Assembly (NCBI GenBank): GCA_964016885.1
Contig: OZ024741.1
Coordinates: forward strand, 159,650,001-159,714,000
Reading direction: 5' to 3'
Origin: Eledone cirrhosa
Taxonomy: Eukaryota
Length of the DNA: 64,000 bases
The translations under genes were made by a program, and so were the position numbers. Shown here piece by piece: positions 55,275 to 64,000 of the stretch. The notes below the pieces were generated by a model. The model saw nothing but the letters and a program-made list of their open reading frames with translations, made no database searches and was not told where the DNA came from. The number at the start of each line of letters is the position of its first letter. Position 1 is the stretch's first letter.

Positions 55275-55568
55275 AGAGTCGTTGGCAGAGAGTCATCAGA
55301 TATGCTTTCCAGAGGGTCCTATCGGAAGCAACCGTCTTCAAGTGATCCGACTGGATCCCCAGGCGAGAACAATCAGGCTAATGGTTGTTATACAACCACC
55401 TTGTTCGTGGTCTACCTCTCGGTTTCTTGTCGGTTAACCTTGCCAGTAAAATCTGCCCAACGAATCTTTCCTTAGACAGTCTTATCACATGTTAGCAGTA
55501 CCGGAGCTTTGATCTCTTGATGCGAAGAAGCAGCGACTCTCTGATCTCTGAGCTACGCACTCTGATCT
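55275..55568 (-). pseudogene. RTE-clade LINE 3' end relic
   Basis: Minus strand gives RVRSSEIRESLLLRIKRSKLRYC*HVIRLSKERFVGQILLARLTDKKPRGRPRTRW, followed by simple-repeat tracts including (GAA)n. Confidence 0.75.
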
Positions 55569-56115
55569 TCCCAATCCGATCAAAACAGTATCTTCTGATG
55601 TACACGAGGTGCATCTGGGAGAGGTGACTAATCTCTCAGAGGCTGAGGTCACAAGAGCAGTTAAAGAGCTCAATTGTGGCAAAGCCGATGGGGAAGATGA
55701 AATCCGGCTCGAGATGTTAAAAGCCTTAATAGAGAAGATATTCTCTGGCTGACTCGTGCGTGCCAGGTGGTCTGGATCTCTGGAAAGACACCAAAGTAAT
55801 GGCAATAGAGAGTGATATCCCAAATTCTAAAAGGGAGAGACGAGAGATTGCTCTAATTATAGATGGATCTCCTTGTTAAGCCTCCCCGGTGAAGTCTATA
55901 CTAAGTATCAAGTAATCGGATGGAGGGATATTGTCATGTCCAAGATAGATGATGAACGGCGTGGTTTTCGCTCCAGACGTAGCACAGTCGACCAAATATT
56001 CACTCTGCAGCAGGTCGTGGGAATTTGCCAAGAGGTTTATATTTGTTTCGTGGACCTCAAAAAGGCATACGACTGCGTTGAAAGGGACTTGTTGTGGAAG
56101 ATTCTACAAGAGAAA
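55569..56115 (+). pseudogene. RTE-clade reverse transcriptase relic with stops and frameshifts
   Basis: EAEVTRAVKELNCGKADGEDEIRLEMLKAL...CSNYRWISLLSLPGEVY...GFRSRRSTVDQIFTLQQ...CFVDLKKAYDCVERDLLWKILQE. Confidence 0.85.
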
Positions 56116-56857
56116 GTATTACTACATCTATTCAAATTCTAGATTATTTTCAAAATGATTTGAAAATCATAGGCAGTGCCTTTTATTAGAAACAGTGCCA
56201 CGAAAGAGTTAGGCAGAAAAGAAAAAAAAAACTGTTATGAAGGTCAACCGTCTTACAGATGTGAATATTTCTTCCAAAATTAGTGAGAAAGGGATTATTT
56301 TCGGACAACCAGGTCTATCTCCAGGATTTGCTGTTCGTGTGTGGGGATAGGCCAGAACATTCTCGGTGGGCATTCTTTCAAAAGGAACATATTTCAAGCC
56401 CCCGCCTCTTTTTTTTTTATAAACAATATTTTCTAAATCTGCGTGAGCACCATTGAAAATCATTCAATGCTCCTCCTGACATTCAATGCTCCTCCCTTTG
56501 GCAACGTGCCTGCCGTCAACTGCTTCGAAACCGGCGTGATTTGAACTCAGATTGAAGAAAACACGAGATTAAATATTGCGAAGCACAAAGTCGAAAGCGC
56601 CACTGTTTATATGAACAATAAATCTTTTTCAGCCTTCATTAAACACAACCATATATCTTCTGGAAATTAGCCATATTTCCACTCTAATACACACCTTATA
56701 TTCACAGAGGAATATTTCATATAACAACATTTCTCAATAGTTTTGGAAAAAATTCTCTTCTCTTGACTTTTTGTAAATAAAGGAAAAAAATTTAATGAGT
56801 TAAAGATTTATTACATTTGTGAATATATGTGTATGTGCGTGTGTGTGTATAGCATGT

Positions 56858-56893
<36 letters not shown>

Positions 56894-58072
56894 CATGTGT
56901 GTGTAGTACGTGTGTGTGTGTGTATAGAGTTTAGGTGTATTACTCTGTGGTTGTAGATTGCTATGTGGCTGGTTGTTGTTATGTGGTGTTTTGTGAGTAT
57001 GGTGATTTATTTCGCATGTTATGTATGTGCCGTATCTTATCTCTTTTGTTGGATATCTTGATGTGGAAGTTGTTGTTGTTGTTGTTGTAACCAATTATCA
57101 GGTCAACTCTCATCGAATAGGTCCATGATATAACGCTCTCCAACCGTGAACACTCTGTCTCTCTTTGTATGTGAGATGGTTGCCAGTCGGGTGTTGGGTT
57201 AACTCCCAGCAGCTGCTGCTATACATCCTTCCAGCTGAGCAGACTGGAGTAACGGTAAATAAACCGTTTTGCTCAAGGACACAATGCACCACCAGGTCTG
57301 GAAATCGAACTCATGCCTTTGCACGTAATCACACACAATCACACTTATAGTATATACCTATATTTATATGATATAATCTCCTAGGTGATGGGCTGGCATT
57401 TAAATTGTAAGTTTTTATTTATTTCAGTTCGATTTATTTACTATTTGCAAACCCGTCTTTGTTCTCTACATAAGCGCCCTGGTGGAGTACTTTGGGTATA
57501 TTCAAATATTCAAGTTTTGAATTTCCCATTAATGCGTTCCCTAACAATGGTTAGGTTTGGCTTACCTCTTTTGGGGGGGGGGGGGGGAGAGGTCACGTGT
57601 TGCCGTAAGTCTAGGACTATTACATTTGTGATGGCAGCGACTGGACGTGTACTAGTCGTTTAAACACATCTTTCCATTCATTGAGGCTACCATCCGCTGA
57701 TGTAGGACTCCGAGCCTAATTACGTAATGTCTGCTGATATTTCCTAACTGCTGTGAATCGTGGTTCTAGCTGGAGCTATTGTTGACACACCGGATTACAG
57801 AAACTGATGTTTCGGTCCGAGTACATTGGATATACTAATATCAACACCCATATATAGTGTTTATCTTATTGATTAACGTATGTGTGTAAAGGGTTTGTAT
57901 TTCTAACAATACAAACCTTATTATATCATTGGGTGATTATGAGACGGCCGAAACTGTACCGATGCCCTTTGACTAGCTTCGCAATCATATATATATATAT
58001 ATATGTAAAAGGTAAACAGAAATAACAACACAATCGGTACAGTATATGGAAGGTATATATTAGGTAAACGCT

Positions 58073-60845
<2,773 letters not shown>

Positions 60846-60865
60846 ATATATATATATATATATAT

Positions 60866-60916
60866 GGCTTCTACAGGACTAGAACTGTTTCATTCGAAGG
60901 AAATCATCAGGAAGCC
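60866..60916 (-). ncRNA. Canonical type I hammerhead ribozyme; mirror copy at 60917-60960 on the plus strand lacks the 5' arm of stem I
   Basis: Minus strand reads GGCTTC-CTGATGA-tTTC-cttc-GAAt-GAA-ACAG-ttctagtc-CTGT-A-GAAGCC; GUA site. Confidence 0.88.
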
Positions 60917-61032
60917 CTGATGATTTCCTTCGAATGAAACAGTTCTAGTCCTGTAGAACCCATTTCTATATTAAATATCTCTGCTATGCATTGAGTACCT
61001 TACTGTGGTTTCTCCCGATTGAACACGGGATA
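60866..61032 (+). mobile_element. Mini fold-back hammerhead element (~165 bp); related tail at 51044-51153
   Basis: ~42 bp inverted arms around AAGC, followed by the tail CTCTGCTATGCATTGAGTACCTTACTGTGGTTTCTCCCGA shared with 51091-51135. Confidence 0.72.
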
Positions 61033-61987
61033 CACACATACACATGTATATATATATATATATAAATCCAGGAATTCAGAAGGAATTTAATTTAAGACAT
61101 TTTATAGCCATACACATATTTCAACTTTTTTTAAATATCTAAAATTAAGCTGCATCCCACTACATAGAAGCAAATTCATATATTAGGATACTAGCATAAA
61201 ATCGAAAATGTACCGTAACACATATTTTCTACATCTCATTTATATGTTCAGCGATATTTAAAAATATACATAAATTGTAGGATAAGCGATTCTTTTGGTC
61301 ACTACTCCTTTATAAAATTATTGTTTCCACCATCTTCAGTGGAAGAAATTGCTATATATATATATACACATATATGTGTGTGTATATATATTTATATATA
61401 TATATATATCAAAGGTATATATTGAGTTAGGAACTCAAAATAGTCTCTTACAACAAAATAGCTCTAAGAAAGAGATATTTCCGAGCCGTATATTATAATT
61501 GAATATTTATATATGTATATATATATATATGCCAAAGATCGTCTTTTGCCTTAATTAGAACACACACAAATCTACACTAAACCCAAGCTAAAATGGACTC
61601 AAACAAACGCAAACCATAATCCTGTAATCAACTACACTTACTATAAATATATCGTACAAGTCACAAATTCAATTCAAATGTCTCCTTGAAAACTACATGC
61701 CAGTCCTTGCAATAAAACAACAACCAGCCTGTTCCGGTTACTGGTATGGGTGCAGCAATTGTGCTACGTAGTTTCTACATGCTACAATGAGGAGGTGTAA
61801 TGATATCGAAACATGTCCATAACTTTCAACTGTTGGCTTTAAAATCCAGATCCAGTCCCATTTTTATTGTTTTGTATGTCCAGAAATTTGAATTAACTGA
61901 TTTTATCTCCCATGCTCGTTGTTTTTAGGCTGGAGTTTTAACACCCAGAGAGAGAGAGAGAGGGAGAGAGAGAGAGAGAGAGGGAGG

Positions 61988-62051
<64 letters not shown>

Positions 62052-62650
62052 TGCCGAGAGTTCACATTAGGAAATAGAGTCACATATATTTTACATGTCT
62101 GTGATTCTATGTTATTATGAGTCACATATATTACATGTCTTAGATTCTACGTTATACTGAGTGTCATATATTACATGACTGTGTCCCTACGTTATAATAA
62201 GAGGTAAGGTCAACGTTGGTAACATTTGAACCCAGAACTTATAGGAAACATCACTAAATAACACAAAACCTTTTTGTCCATCTCTTTACAGTTTCTGCCA
62301 CTCTCAACCGAAACCTTCGTCGCTGTAATTAATGAAAATATAAAAATATGAGAAGAATATGAGAAAATATTCAATATACGTAATAGATATAACCTCACTG
62401 AAACAAATAATAACATTTTCAAAACAAAAGGCCAAAATGTATGAAAATGTTTGAAATTAATATGAACTGAAGAATAATAAAACATCTTATATAACAAATG
62501 TTTTCAGGAAAATATTAAAGAAAATATCGTACGATACTATATTAAATAGAGAAACGTATACTAAAAAACGTAATAATTTCTTAACAAAAATATATTGTTT
62601 ATATAGAAGGGAAAAACAAAGTGTAAATATACGAAAATACACTTATGTCT

Positions 62651-64000
<1,350 letters not shown>

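Noticed and set aside
61100-61345. Minus-strand TTCCACTGAAGATGGTGGAAAC
   Set aside because: The core half matches the 2143 motif, but no convincing stem III or stem I partner lies nearby.
61781-61823. ATGAGGA-GGTGT..ATATC-GAA-ACATGT-C
   Set aside because: C3 is lost and stem I is unpaired; at best a relic.

Overview
Repeat-dominated eukaryotic genomic DNA with no recognisable host gene. The extreme microsatellite density and the tRNA-derived SINE family suggest a coleoid cephalopod such as Octopus (inference only). Main contents: a ~15 kb (GGTGGTGTT)n satellite with higher-order structure, whose long ORFs are probably artefacts; an apparently intact Tx1-clade LINE (ORF1 plus APE-RT ORF2) in a (TCTG)n tract, and a 3' fragment of a relative in (TCTA)n; three 5'-truncated Penelope-like elements (PLEs) with GIY-YIG endonuclease sequence; RTE-clade LINE relics; a non-autonomous Helitron; and several SINEs. 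The most striking hidden layer, folded by hand from the sequence, is 13 type I hammerhead-ribozyme motifs from about 8 sequence families. They sit in short PLE-terminal fragments flanked by (TA)n tracts. Many are duplicated as fold-back inverted repeats, and some have non-canonical cores (a compensatory U3:A8 pair in two unrelated families, and U4A in one). None of the folds has been computed or tested.
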